A DNA stretch of 64,000 nt from Vicugna vicugna. Lineage: Eukaryota. The translations under genes and the position numbers were made by a program. The DNA is taken from the NCBI GenBank assembly GCA_013265495.1, contig MU058384.1, positions 1,923,690-1,987,689 on the forward strand, in the 5' to 3' direction. The notes below the pieces were generated by a model, which was not told the origin of the DNA, searched no databases, and saw only the letters and a program-made list of their open reading frames with translations. Positions 12,401 to 25,899 of this stretch are shown piece by piece (the first letter of the stretch is position 1; each line of letters begins with the position of its first letter).

Positions 12401-13354
12401 ACGCACAGCCTTCAGCCCCACTTGCTGATTGAGTGTGTGTGTGGAGCCACTTTCCTCACTGTAAAATAGTTGAGTGGAGTCAATCTCTAAGGCCCTTCCT
12501 GCCCGAATATGATGACAATGCTCTCGGAAATCACACACATGATCGTAATGAGGCACATTTTTAGCACTTACTACATGCCAGGGTAATGCTAAAGCACTTT
12601 ATCGCACTAAGCACTTTGTAATGCCCCTACCTCAAGGCAGAGACTTAATATTACAGCTGAGGAAAGCTGGCATCAGAGAGCTTGAGCAGTACAATCTCCC
12701 TCAATTGATGTTTCTTTAGCCAGTCCAGCAACTGCACTGACTCCAATTCATTTTGTAAAACTGCACTGTGATGAATGACCTCAGGTCGATGGATGCCAGG
12801 GGCCGGTAGCTTCTATTAGTCAGGGTCTGCATACGGTTTCCCCCAGTAAAGCTATGTCCTTACCAAAAGCTAGTCGTGTTCGTTCCCAAACTGGTTTATG
12901 GCAGTTATACTTGCCACTGCAATAACGTAGTTTGACAAAAATAGTACACAAATCAAAGACATATAATTATATAAGGAAAATATTTTGCTAACTCGGCAGG
13001 ATATTTTGGAATGATAGGACAATCATATACACACAAAAATATTAAGTTAAACACAGGCGATAATACAGTAAAAGATGAGGGGACAGAAATCCCAAAAGTC
13101 TAGAGAGTTGGTATAATTATATTGTTTCTCGTATGTCTAAGTTCTCATTCCTTTCTGAAGAGAACCAAATGGGAAGTTTCCTTACAGAATGCATCACAAA
13201 AGGAGGTTTTGCAAGAAAGTCAGCATGGTCCTACAACTGCAGGAATCACACATTAAGACAAACAACCCAATCTGTCCAATGACTATATTCCTGATTTAAA
13301 TTTAATTAAAATGTTTATGGTATGTAAGTCATGAGCAGGGAATTCACTGCTTTA

Positions 13355-14525
13355 TGGAGGGAGGTATAATTAACATAATAAACTACACATATTTAAAGTA
13401 TAATGTAAGTTTTGACATATATATGAAACCATCTTCATAATAAAGATTATGGACACATCTGTCACCCCAAAAGTTTCCTCAGGCCCCTTTGTAATCAGTT
13501 TTGTCTCCCCCACAGTAATATTCCTCTGCCCATCCCCAGGCAAACACTGATCTGTCAATATAGGTTCATTTGCGTTTTCTGAAGTTTCACATAAATGGAA
13601 TCATACAGTGTGTACTTTTCCTTACCTCTGGCCTCTTTCTCTTCAGTGTTGATCAGAGACTCATCCGGGTTGCATGTATCAATAGTTTGTCACTTTTTAT
13701 TGCTGAGAAGTATTCTACATTTTGTTCATCCATTCTCCTGTTAATGGGCGTTTGTGTTGTTTCTCTTTGGGGCTATTACAAGTAAAACCGCTATAACCCC
13801 CTGTAACACGTCTTTGGGTGAACGTGCTTTCTTTTCTCAAGTAAACATACAGAAGTGGAGTGGCTGGGACACAGAATAAGGTGTATGTTTAACTTTTAAG
13901 AAACTGCCAAACTTTTTTCCATCAGCAGCATATGTTTCTTACTTCACATCTTTGCCAGCAACTGACATTCATTTTTTTTTTCAGTGATTCCAATGGGTGT
14001 GTAGTGGCATTTCATTATGGTTTTAACTTGCATTTCCCTAATGACTAATGACATTGCATATCTTATCATGTGTTTGTTACTTTTTTCTTTTTGACAAAGT
14101 GTCTGTTCAAATATTTTGCACTTTTTAAAGTGTTCTTATTACTGTATTTTAGGAGTTCTTCGTTATTTTCCGGATACAAGTCCTTGTCTTCCAGTCTGTG
14201 GCTTGTCTTTTTATTTTCTTAACAATGTCTTTTGAGAAGTTCTTAATTTTAATAAAATCCTATTATCCATTGTTAGATTTTACATTTAGATCTACATTCC
14301 ACTTTGAATTAATTTTTTAAATAAGATATGAGTATGGATTCAGGTTTGATTGGTTGTTTGGTTTTTGCATATGGATATCAAATACCCCAGCTCCATTTGT
14401 TACATTATCCTCTCTTCATTGAGCCCTTTTGACACTTCTGTCAAGAATTAGTTGTCTATATATGTTAAGTATGGTTTCCTTCTGGACTCTGTCTTTCCAT
14501 TGATCAACTTGTCTTTGTGCCAACT
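13355..14525 (-). mobile_element. Old L1 (L1MB/L1ME-like) 3' portion
   Basis: T-rich antisense L1 motifs: ataaatggaatcatacagtgtgtac, aactgccaaact, tgcatttccctaatgactaatga, tctgtcaagaattagttgtctatatatg. Confidence 0.85.
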
Positions 14526-15785
14526 GCAGGAATTTTTTTTTTAACTTTCTTGATTTACTGACCAACTCGTCTCTAGGTTTGCCAGTAGGCTTTCCTGTTG
14601 ATGCACCTGGAAAGGCAAGAGAAAGGACAAGGGAAGAAAAAGAGATGGGCAGGTACGAAAAAAAGAAAGCAAAGGTCAACATATCACATCACAACAGGTA
14701 AAAGGAAAAGGATTAGGAAAAGCAGACACTAAAAAATTGACATCTTCCAAACTCTTCCATGACCAAAGACCACCCCTCATCTAGTATGATCTATCTTGTT
14801 TTGAAAGGATACATCTGTAAAATAAACAGCATTTATGAGGTGTTAATTCATTTATATTCTCATATATTATTCATCAAAGGCATATGCTACTGCCAGTGTT
14901 TCTGAGCAGCTTGAGACAACCAAGGTTGTTATAACTCGTGCCAAAAATAAACTGACCTTTCAGATATCCTGTGCAGTCTTGTGGTAGGCAACGTTATGAT
15001 CTCCATTAAGCTTTTTGAAATATTCACAAGAGCCCCCGGACTGCCACCATCTCTCCCTAGGCCCAAACCACTCTCTTCTTAGAGCCACTGGGTCCTGGAG
15101 CTTCAGACAAACCCTAGCCTCGGGACTTCACCTGGCTTCCTTTCCTCATCAGCCACTTGCTGTGTCATCAGGGCTTCAAAAAAATATGTGATCTGTTAAT
15201 GTGATGGAAATAGCAAGAAAGTGTAAGGCACTGATTGCCAACCCACAGTTTTGCAATAACTAGGAATATCACTAATTATTAGCTCAGGAGATAACCTCTT
15301 CACCATGAAAATTTTTAATTCTCTCAAATATGCAACCAGCACTTTTCCCCCTATGGTTGTGTGGAGTACAAATAAACAGTCATCAGGTTTAGCAACTCAA
15401 AAAAGTCTGAAATACCAGAGTATCAGACAAAATAGTGAGGAACTGAAAATGAAACAGACCAAGTGCAACTGTTTGAAAAGTTAGTCAAAGAGGAAAACTG
15501 CCCCAACTGGACAGACCAAAGCTATCAAATTCGACAGCCTGACATGTCTGGATCATCTCCAAGATCCCAAAGTCAATGAAATGATGGATTCTTAGTGTAA
15601 ACTGTAAAAATGCCACCTTACACTCAGACACAGTTCTTCTCAAGCAATGATTGATCTTAACAAAAGGGAACAGATGTCAACAAATGAATGCACCAAAAAT
15701 GAGGTAAAATACACTATTATTGATTTCAAATATTATTTCTCCCTTGTGTTAAGTTATAAGTGTTCCCATTTGCTTTCCTCTTTCT

Positions 15786-15890
15786 AAAAATAGGGGGTGC
15801 TTTCAAATTTGCCTGTCGCCCTTATGCAGGGGGTTCAGCAAGGCCTCTCAGAATGACTCCCATGTCAGCACGCGCTGCTGAAGCCAGGGC
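15786..15890 (-). pseudogene. Degraded, near full-length U6 snRNA retrocopy
   Basis: Plus strand aaaaatagggggtgctttcaaatttgcctgtcgcccttatgcagggg...gctgctgaagccagggc aligns colinearly with the U6 reverse complement (aaaaatatggaacgcttcacgaatttgcgtgtcatccttgcgcagggg...gctgccgaagcgagcac). Confidence 0.75.
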
Positions 15891-16094
15891 TACTGTACCT
15901 TGTGAGTCCACCTCCTTGTCAAACAAACCCCAAGTTCTCTCTCAGCTGATGCCGTTTCGAGGACCAGGAGAGGGAATCCAGACTTCATTCCCAGTTAGCT
16001 GTTATCTATGAGAACTTATCTAAGTTTAAGTCCTCTGGGCCTCAGTTTATCTCTAAAATGAGGTTTAAACAAGGGATGAATATAACAAATATAA

Positions 16095-16350
16095 CAAAAC
16101 AGAGAACAAACTAGTGGTTGCCAATGAGGAGAGGGGAGGGGACAGGGGTCAGAGGGGGCTATGGGATTAAGAGATACAAACTATATGCATAAAATAAATT
16201 AACTATAAGGATATATTGTACGGCACAGGGAATATAGCCAATGTTTTACAGTAATTTTAAATGGATTATAAACTATGAAAATATAGAATCATTATGTTGT
16301 ACACCTGAAACTAATAGAATGTTGTAAATCAACTATACTTCAATTTAAAT
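16095..16350 (+). mobile_element. L1 3'UTR fragment
   Basis: acagagaacaaactagtggttgcc...gttgtacacctgaaactaatagaatgttgtaaatcaactatacttcaat, a Laurasiatherian L1 3' end. Confidence 0.85.
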
Positions 16351-17857
16351 ATATATATCTACATATACTATGTGAATACAACAGAATACACAGTCCTTGC
16401 TCTAAATTCTGATCTATCTCTAAATTCTGTGACTGTTATGGCTATTAAGTTTTCTACTTTAGGCACTTAGGTAATTAACTTTAGGTAATTAGAGAGCTCC
16501 AAACTTGATTTTAAAGTCTGATCTAAATTTTCAAACTTTAAAGTCTAATCTAAATTTTCAAACAAGCATATTAGAACCACTGGCATGGCGTCCATCACCA
16601 GTAAATGGTGCTATGGTGACAGTTCCATTTGGACACTGACAAATGTAATAATCAGTGTTTTTACTGAACTCTAGAAGACAAAATGCTTTGTTTATTTTTA
16701 CTTTTGCTGTCCCTGAGGATTAGCAATACCAAATCAAGCTTATATAAGGTAATTATCACAGTGCTAAAGCTTGCCATTAAAAGAAAAAAAAATTTTTTTC
16801 AACACATTACTTCTAGTACATCTGTACAACACTTTACTGTCTTCAAAGATATTTCACATTCATTAGATAAGGTTTACCCCAGGTGTAGAGAGCAGAAAGA
16901 ATGTGAAAAGAGCAAAAAGCTCAAGAAAAGCTTTTTTTCTTCCAAAATTTAACTCTTTACTAGAGAAACAGCCTATATAATAATTAGCAGTCTAACTGTG
17001 GCTTAAGTCAAAATATAAGCAAGATTTAAAGAAACTGAAACCACTAAGAGCAAATAAGATTTTTCTTTCATTAAACTTAATTCTTAATAACTGTTTAACT
17101 TTGGTTTTTTTCTTTCTATTATAGTAAGAACTGTATTTTCCTTACAATTGCAAAGGAATTTTGTTGACATAAAATCACTAGTAGAAATCACAATTTCCCA
17201 AGTCCTTAAGGCTTTTAAATAAAATTTACGCCTCAGATGTCTGTAGTAAATAAGTCACTAGACAGGCTTTGAGTCAACTGGAGACTCTTTCCTCAAGCCA
17301 CATTCCCACATCTTATTTTGTGTTCTAACAATTTTGTGGATTTCAATCCATTGGCTGAAAATAATATCTGAAATGAACAGGACAAGGAGATTTGAAAGAT
17401 AAGCTTTAGTTGATCACAGTGCATCAAGTCAGCAAAAAGTTTAAGTACAACTCAGTTCTCGTTTTCTTATAATAAAGAAGCATGTAATCCAGGCTTTTCA
17501 TTATGAAAATTGCTACAGACCAACAACAACAAAAACTGAAGAATAGGATTATCTACCTATTCAATAGAGTTCCCTGTAACCAGAACAGTAATTGTGGATT
17601 ATCCATATGGAACCAAATTTGTTACAGAGAATGTTTATTTTGTTGCAAAAGGAATTTACATGTGACATACCATTTTCAAACAGCATAAAAAGTTTTCAGT
17701 TTTTATTAGATGCAGTAGTGACTTTGAAATCGCTATCTGAATAGTGATCAAACCTTCAGAAAGTCTTCTCTACTATCTTTTCTGATCAAACAATCCCAAA
17801 CTCAAAAACCCAGAATCCCAACAAAAAATAAAGTGACACACTAAAAAGAGAATACAA

Positions 17858-20800
17858 TGTTAGTTTCTGAAATTTTATTTTTTAATACATACAGTTCACA
17901 AACAGAAACCTTCTAACACCACACAATTCCATAGCCAAATGTTTCAATTTTATCAACATTCTTTAACTATTTACACTGTCTTCCCGTAACAAAAGTGCAA
18001 TCCAAGACATCTTGACAAGAAATCTTTACTGACAAGAATATATTTTTGAGCTGGTGTTAATGATGCACATCTATTATATTTTCTTCAAATTACCTGGAAT
18101 GATAACAAAGTCAACAGGACATAGAGATGAACTGGGTCAGGCAGCATCCTTTTTATAGGAACCAAAACACTGAACAAGAGCACTTTCTCCTTACCTCCTC
18201 TCCAACCTCCAACTAAAATTACCCAACAGCTGCTATCATGAGACTAAAGAGAAAAGCAAACTGGAGTTAAGAGAAAAGCAAACTGATCTGGGCACAGGAG
18301 AAGAGGCGGCGTGGTAAGCAGGGGTCTTACAAGACAAAACAAAAGATTTCACCAAGTTAGTCTGGGTGATCTAATAAGTTACGTGTCAGTACATCTGTTA
18401 GTTTTAGGATTTAAACACCTAACAATATTCTTTCCTGATGAGTTAATTCCCCCCTAAACAGATATGAAAATACTTTTTACTCCAAAAATGAGCGAGCTTC
18501 TTTTACAAAATTGGAAATTAAAGACTGGGGAATGTTCTTTCTTATTGCAATGGGTTAATTCACCCCACTCCCCAACTTCACGGCTGTCTATCTTTTAAGC
18601 TGTCATCCCCATTTATCAACTGTTGCAGAGGCAGCCAGAGGAGAGTGAAGGACTGAGATGGCCTGAAGAGCAAAGGATGAGATGATCAGAATGAGTCTTC
18701 CCACTAAAACTAAAGCAGGTAATTTCATTTGTTCAGGGTAATGTAACTCTTCAAAATAAACACTAGATAAAAAAGTAGGTAAAAATCACTTATTAGTCAC
18801 TTATGAGTGGGTTCATGTCACTGAACGTTGTCAGAAAAACAGAAAATGTATCTCTTGGGTAACTAATACCCTTTAATATCCAAACCACAACAAAAATAAT
18901 CATCTTTTTTGATATATTCCAATTCCCATCAAGGTATTCAGAGCAAAGTATTTGAAGAAAGTGTAGAGAAAAAATATTAAGGTCAGCAGATTTCCAAAAT
19001 AAGATTTATTCTTCACATGGTTGCATACTCAATTACATACAAAATCAGCTAAACTTTTGCAAATTTAGACAAGAATGCAATGCTTCAAAGGCAAAAGACA
19101 TTCTCAAAAATAATATCTATGCCTCTCCTTTTATGTAACTTCAGCATCCTAGAATCCTAACTTAATCATCAAAATAAAGGCCAAAAACAAATTTTACTCA
19201 ATTACAGTGAAAGCTCATCAGACTTATTTTTCAGACAGTAGAAAACAATATAAGGACAAAACACTGAATGCATCAGACACTACATGTGTGGCAGGTTTAG
19301 GCTGAGGACCTTGCTGAGTGTGATCTAGATGTAAACTTTAAGCTTCAGAACAACAATATAAGCAGGTTTCTCTTTAAAGATTTAGGTGGGTTAAAGAACA
19401 GCATTACAAATATTTTACTATTCATTTTAAATTCAGAAATAAAATCCAATGGCACTCTGAAGACAAGAGAAACTCACCAATTTTTATACCTGGGTACATG
19501 AAAGAATCAACAGGGAAACAGCTAATTCAGTCACAGTTTTGTGTATTGAAGACAGATTTGCAAGGGCTATGTCTTACAGACCTCTTTTCATTGCATCAAA
19601 TGCTGTCAGACCAACAACAATTTTCTGCTTCTTTCAGACATTGAGCATTTCCCCCTACTGTGAAATATTTTTCAGATCCTCAAACATCAAACTAGACACG
19701 ATCAGCTGAATTACAATCATCCAAACTGAAAGATGAAGAATATTAGTCAATCTATGGGTTCTTTAATGCTGTGTTCTTTCAAACAAAACATCAAATATTC
19801 CAGGCAGCAGAACTGAAACTCACTTGCAATAATGCCTAAGCACTTCTGAGAGGAAAAACAACTGTTTTTCTGAGGAAAAAATGGTATAAATGAAGTAAGT
19901 ATTAGAAAATGTTCACATAACCCCAAATTTAGCCACCCATAGAAGGATCGTATTCTCAGCATCCTTTTAGCATATATGCGTATTTTACTTGAAATTATCA
20001 AATTCATTTTTGAGAAATCATATTCCAGTTGCAGTTCTGTAAGGTATGGGGTGCCAGTTATTTAAATTATCACACTCTAGTGAACAGAAGGCTGTATTTC
20101 GGTAAGCTCAATACTCTGACTTAATCATATTCTATAAATTATCATCTTTTTCACCAAAGGAAAGGTGTCATGGAGATCTTTGAAAAATCTATTTTCAAAC
20201 ATATTGTTATGCATTACAATCAGTGACTTTCCAAAATGAAACACACTTTAAAAAGAAATATTAACATTATTTTTTTTTCTCATAGCCCCACAGATAAGTT
20301 TCTCCTTTCCTTCTTAGGGTCAAATCTTTGATTTTGGAAACTCAGCATTAAATGGGTAAAATGCAGCCACAGCAATCTGGGGGGAAGATAAGTAGAGCAA
20401 GGACTGGTTCTGAAACTTAGCAGTTAGGGTCTGCGGCTGTGAGATTTATCCTGTGAGAAGGATCTGACATCAAATGGCACTTGGACAGTGCACGACCTAC
20501 ATAAATCAGTACTGCCCAAATCACATTACTCACGGATTCTCCTTAAGCGTTTGACCAACTTCAGAGACACAATTCAAATAACAAGGTTCTGCCTTTTTGC
20601 CCTCTTGAGTCGGTGTGCATCATTTCCAAATTTATTTGGCATATTCTCTTTGTTACAGGTCCGCTTACCTTAAAAATCAGTGCAACACCAACAGTTTGCA
20701 TATGTCTTATAATTTGGATATTATTTTCAGTATGAAAACTGGCTGCTAAATTGCAACAGGGACAGGGTCAGGGCTCACGTTCACTTTCAAATAATCTGTC

Positions 20801-21313
20801 AGTGAGGGTCACCTGCAGGTCAGGTGCGCTGCAGAGCACTGCACCAAGGTGGACTAACCCACCACCAGCTCTCCAGGCACAGACTTACATTCACTTGTCT
20901 CATGTTCTTTCCAAGGCCCAGCGAAGATCTAAAAGCGGGTCTGCAGACAGTTAACGCTTTAGTAAGAGTTTCTTCCCAGCACCTACCATGCCCTTAGTTT
21001 CCCACCACATAATCCCTTTCCCAAATTCACCCCATCCTCCCCACCACCTTAAAAGCTGCATGAGAGACTCTTAGTGATAGTGAACCACTCCCCCAGACTC
21101 ACAGGAGGCCCCAGGTGGGCTCTGGTCACGACCACAGACCAACACTCAGGAGTTAGAGAGGGCAGGGGCAGCGCCCTTGCAGTGGCACACATACACAAAG
21201 GAGCTCTCCTCTGAATAAGAGAAGAAATTAATGTCGCAGTCTGCTTCCCTAGAAAAGATATGTAATAAAGTAATAATATCAATAAAATAGCTATGACTAA
21301 AGCAAAGCTTTCA
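17858..21313 (-). other. HECA: HECA 3'UTR (~3.45 kb)
   Basis: AT-rich, apparently repeat-free stretch after the stop, ending at AATAAA followed by a U/GU-rich downstream element. The end coordinate is approximate. Confidence 0.75.
17874..17879 (-). terminator. Polyadenylation signal AATAAA of HECA
   Basis: Minus strand reads ...tgtatgtattaaaaAATAAAatttcagaaactaaca, then ttgtattctctttttagtgtgtcactttattttttgtt (downstream element). UGUA motifs lie upstream. Confidence 0.7.
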
Positions 21314-21478
21314 TCAATACGCTTCGAGAACTTTGAAGGAGGAAAATGGCTTCACGAAATGGTAGTCCAGGTTGCCACAGTGTGGACACTGCTGGACGTT
21401 GCTGTACTCGGAGAAGTACTGCATGCCAATCCGCACGTCGATCACAGGCTTCCCGCAGTGCTTACAGTTCAGGCGGGC
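21314..21478 (-). CDS. HECA: HECA coding exon 4 (165 bp to stop)
   Basis: Acceptor ttcccccag|GCC. Encodes ARLNCKHCGKPVIDVRIGMQYFSEYSNVQQCPHCGNLDYHFVKPFSSFKVLEAY*, the recognised HECA C-terminus. Confidence 0.98.
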   Translation of the reverse strand, partial: ARLNCKHCGKPVIDVRIGMQYFSEYSNVQQCPHCGNLDYHFVKPFSSFKVLEAY

Positions 21479-24312
21479 CTGGGGGAACACAAGACGCCGT
21501 GAGTCACAACACCCCCTGTCCCACGACACTGCCAAGGTCATCCCAGCCAAAATGCGAGACTGCCCGACCTGGGAAACCAATCAAGAGTCTAGAGATGCAT
21601 CCCTTTTATTACCCAAAACAGGGTACGCAGAGCATCAGATAAGCATAAGGCACACACTCAAATATTCACCATTGGTCTGAAAGGTTAGTGACTCTGCATC
21701 TCCCTCCCGATGTGCAGCGCCGCCTGTAGCCACACCTGCTGGTGGGAAGGAAATTCTCAACTGGTACTGCCTCAACTAACGTTCCCCTAACAATCAGAAA
21801 TCCCTTCCCCCTGGATTTTATGAAGTGGCTGAGGCCAACTTCTCTCATCCAGACCTGCATGAAATTTCTCTGAAGATTTTTTTGAGTTTATTTTCAAAAT
21901 TCATATATATTTTTTACTCTACTCCTTACTACATTTCTGTTTTCTTTGAGGTAAAAATAAAAATTCCCTAAAACACTCAAGTAAAATTAACCATCCAGGA
22001 AGAAGGGCTCTGTTCATCCTGAGGCTTCTGGAACCCACTAGCAACTGGATCTTCACTCATGCCTGGGCCTCCCTCTGACAGCGCAAGACCAGAGGCTTTC
22101 AGCAACAGGTCTAAGGAATTCAGCAAATAACCAGAAATTATAAATACAACAGACTCTCATTTAGATTTTTTCTAAAAAGGTAACAGAAAAGTATAATCTC
22201 GCTTTGCCCTCAAAACCCTCCTGCAGGATAGGGAGTAGTACATGAATTTCAGATGATGAAACTAAGGCACATGGTGATAAAGCAACGTGTGCAAGACCAC
22301 GCAGTTAGGAGGCAGAAGGGCTGGGTCTGAACCACAGGCGCTCACCCCAGAGCAGGCGCTCACCCCAGAGCCGGCCCTCTGAGCTGCCACATGGACCACC
22401 TTTCTATAAACTGAGAGAAACACCCTTTTAACTGACTAATTTCTCTAAAGAATATTAAAAGTGAGATTCTAAGCAAACCTCTCTCTTTAACCTGTTATTC
22501 CTTCCTAATTACTAATTCTTGCTTATGTTTGGCTCAAAGTCTTATTGGAAGACACTCCTTGATGCTTTGGTAGCATCTAACACTTGTACATTTTCAATAA
22601 ATAGAGCTGATTTTTTTTAAAAGCCAAAAGTAATCAAGTATGTTTTTCATTTCAGTAAGAGGGCCAGAAAAGAAATGTCTGGGCTTAAAAGAAATACACA
22701 GCAGCACAGGCCGGGTGTGGCAGTCTGCTCTTCTGCTTTTCCCTCTGAAGACGAGGAAGCAACCCCACTGCCTTCCAGGGGTGGAGCAGGAAGAGCACAG
22801 GGCTGGGAGCTACCAGGCTGTAGCCACGGCTGTGACACATGCAGGCAGACCCGGCTAAAATACTCTAACTGCTCAGGCCTCCACCGTATGCGGAAAGTAA
22901 GAGGACGGGGCTAGACATCTTCCCCCACCCCAGGCCTTTCTCGAGCTAATGTTCTATGAGGCCCAAACATTCTTTCACTTCCTTATTTCTTTAAAAGATA
23001 ACCCTCCCCGGTGTGTGTGGGAGAGAGAAGCCCCTTCTTTCTGTTTCTCTCAAGAGCTGGCATCAAGGCACAGTGGGCGTTATAAAATGCTACAGTGAAT
23101 AACAAAAAGACAATACCTCATTTCCAAGGCTAAGTTTCAAAATGGAAATGTGGTCCATGTATTAGAATGGAGTAAAAAGAGTCAATCTTATCTGAAATCA
23201 AACGACAGGCTATGAATGGCCATTTAGATCTCCCATGACCATATTTCTCATCTCAGGTCACTAGTGCAGACACAGCATAGCTGAAATACCGACTCAGCCG
23301 GCCTTTTAATTCAACCAACACAGCTTCTCTTCTGAATAAACTGCTAACAGTCAGAATTTCTCTACAAAAATCAAACCATAATGCTAAAGATATAAAACTA
23401 TGTAGTAAACTAATTAAGTGTTTAACAGGTATTTATATTAAAGGCTTAGCCACTGAAGAAGGAAGAAAAATCTCTCTCCTACCTATGAATATCGAGGAAT
23501 TACATAACAAGCGTCTTCTTGTCTCAAGCACTTAGAAGCAAACCAAGATACTTCCAAGGATTCTGTCTCCTGTGTTTCTATGGACTTGAGTTTTCACCTA
23601 TTAACACCTCTCTCTTTTCCTCATGACAGCTAAATTCTGGATGCTCTCAGCATCAGCAAATGCCTCTCCTTAGCAGAGTTTTATGGATTACAAATCTTTC
23701 ATGTTAACCTCAAACACCTTACAAGGCAGGCAGTTTCTGAGTAATTGCACTGTCCCACAGAACAAAACCAAAAGAAAGTTCTATCTATTAAAGAAAGTGA
23801 AACTTTATTCTCTCCTTTTAAATAACAACTTCTTCTCACTAGAAATTTATTATATGTTAATCATACAAAACATTAAAAAAATATAAGTAAGCAAAAAGAA
23901 AACCAAAGGAACAACCCAACTCAGTCCACCATCCAGAGACAAACTCTGGTAACAGGTTAGCAGATTCCTTTTCAAGTTCACTTTTTACAAATTGGAAGCA
24001 TACTATTATGCCATTTAAAACCTTCCTTTTTTACTTAAAATAATGAAAATATTTCCCACATAATTACACATTATTCTGTAATACTCCTTTTAGTGACTGC
24101 ATAGTATTTCAGTGACAGCTGCACCACGCTCTAGGAAATCCGCCATCACTGGGCACTCTGGGGAGTTTCCCGACTGCTCACTGCTGAGCATGCTCTCCAA
24201 GCCCTCACACCTCCTCCAGTGTGCCTGCAGTGCTGCCTCTAGCTTCTCTACATTTTCTTGGGGAGAGAACCCTGATATCACCCACTGCTCACTCTGTGGG
24301 GTCCATACCAAC

Positions 24313-24467
24313 CTGACAGCACGGAGAGGCGGCCAGGATGTCATAGGTGTACATGGTGCCCAGCTGGTGCCAGCTGCCGTCCCACCGCGACTTACACTTG
24401 ATGCAGATGATCTTGTGAACCCCTTCCAGGCAGTCCACGCACACCGCGTACAGGTGCATGAGCCTCC
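24313..24467 (-). CDS. HECA: HECA coding exon 3 (155 bp)
   Basis: Acceptor ctgtgcacag|GG, donor TGTCAG|gttggt. Encodes (G)RLMHLYAVCVDCLEGVHKIICIKCKSRWDGSWHQLGTMYTYDILAASPCCQ; phases 1 to 0 fit the flanking exons. Confidence 0.97.
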
Positions 24468-25899
24468 CTGTGCACAGAAGACACGATGCTGAGAGTGGCT
24501 GTCAAAGAAATCACCTTTTGTCTCCAAAGGGGATTTAAAAAGTGGCTCCTCTATCAGTTATAAGTGAACATTTTATCATTTGAATAAATATAAAAAGCAA
24601 AATAGATGACATTTATCATATATCCCTAAATTGGCCTTTTAGAATAATGATGGATTACTACTGTCAATGGGGCACAGGCTTTAAGTTCAATCTCATGAAA
24701 TACTTGCTTCAATTCACTTTTCAGAAAAGTGCTGGCAGGTTTACAATGCAGACATCCAAACTCAAATAACCAAGCCACATGTGCTCAAAACCGGCCTATG
24801 ATCACACAGAACTTTCTCCTCAGAGGTCTAGTGGGACATACAGAGGCTGAACCAGCAATGCTGGTCTGTACTCATGAGCTCTTGTCCATTAACAAGTCCC
24901 ACCATAAGAAAGTCCAAAATCTGTCTTGGTTTTGGAAGCCCAGAATTATACCACAGCCAAAATTACTATGTTAAACTGCTCTTGTCTCCAAAATTGCTCA
25001 GTCATCACCACATCCAATTTAGGAACCAGAATTATATCTTGTGTTTTTTTCCCCAAAGGAGTTCAATGTCTTATTGTTTACTGGGATTCTGAAAGTCACA
25101 AGCCTATTCCTCCATTATTTATCAATATCTAATGCTTATAAAGGAAAGATGTCACTCCAGTTCACGTTGAAGGGTTCAGGGTCAAATTAGGAAAGAGCTG
25201 GAATGCCCAGAACCTGCCTGGGCTGTACATGACAGCAATGGTGCTGCTCTCTGTGTGGGGACCGGGGCTCCTCTGTGCTTAAAAACTACCATCAGGAGAG
25301 CACATCCTCTTAAACGATTCTTATTCAGAAAGCACTGCTCGCTCCATCACCCAGACCATGCTCTTCATCTTTTCAGTGGTTAAGGACCAGCCTGCTCCTT
25401 ATCCATTGGAAAGGTCTGTATGGTACTTAAAGGAAACCTTGCATTTCATTTGCTTACAAGACTCTCTCTCCCTCCGTGAGGGCAAGAACTATGTCTACTC
25501 ATCCTTGAAAGCTCAGCGTCTAGCACAATATCTGGAATGTCGAAAGCACTCCATAATTGTATGTTGTGTGAACGGATAGGATAATGCTAACAGCCAAAGA
25601 CATTAAAACCTTGGGGCCTCTATGCCAAAAGTGGGACAGGTCACAAGAACTTCTTGCAATACTGCCCATTTCTGCTGCAGGGCACTGAAAGTAAAAGGGT
25701 CTCACATGCCATGACCACTCAGAGGCGCCTCAGGCATTTCAGGCTGTCAGTTCAGTACCTAGGAGCCAATGGAAAACGCTTCATTTCCAATTTCCCTCCT
25801 AGACTTACTGCAATTCTCAAACACTCAAGGACACCCAGGTGGCTACTAGGAAAGGTGAGGGCAGGGACAGAGAAGTCACATATTGGTAGCAATGACTGT

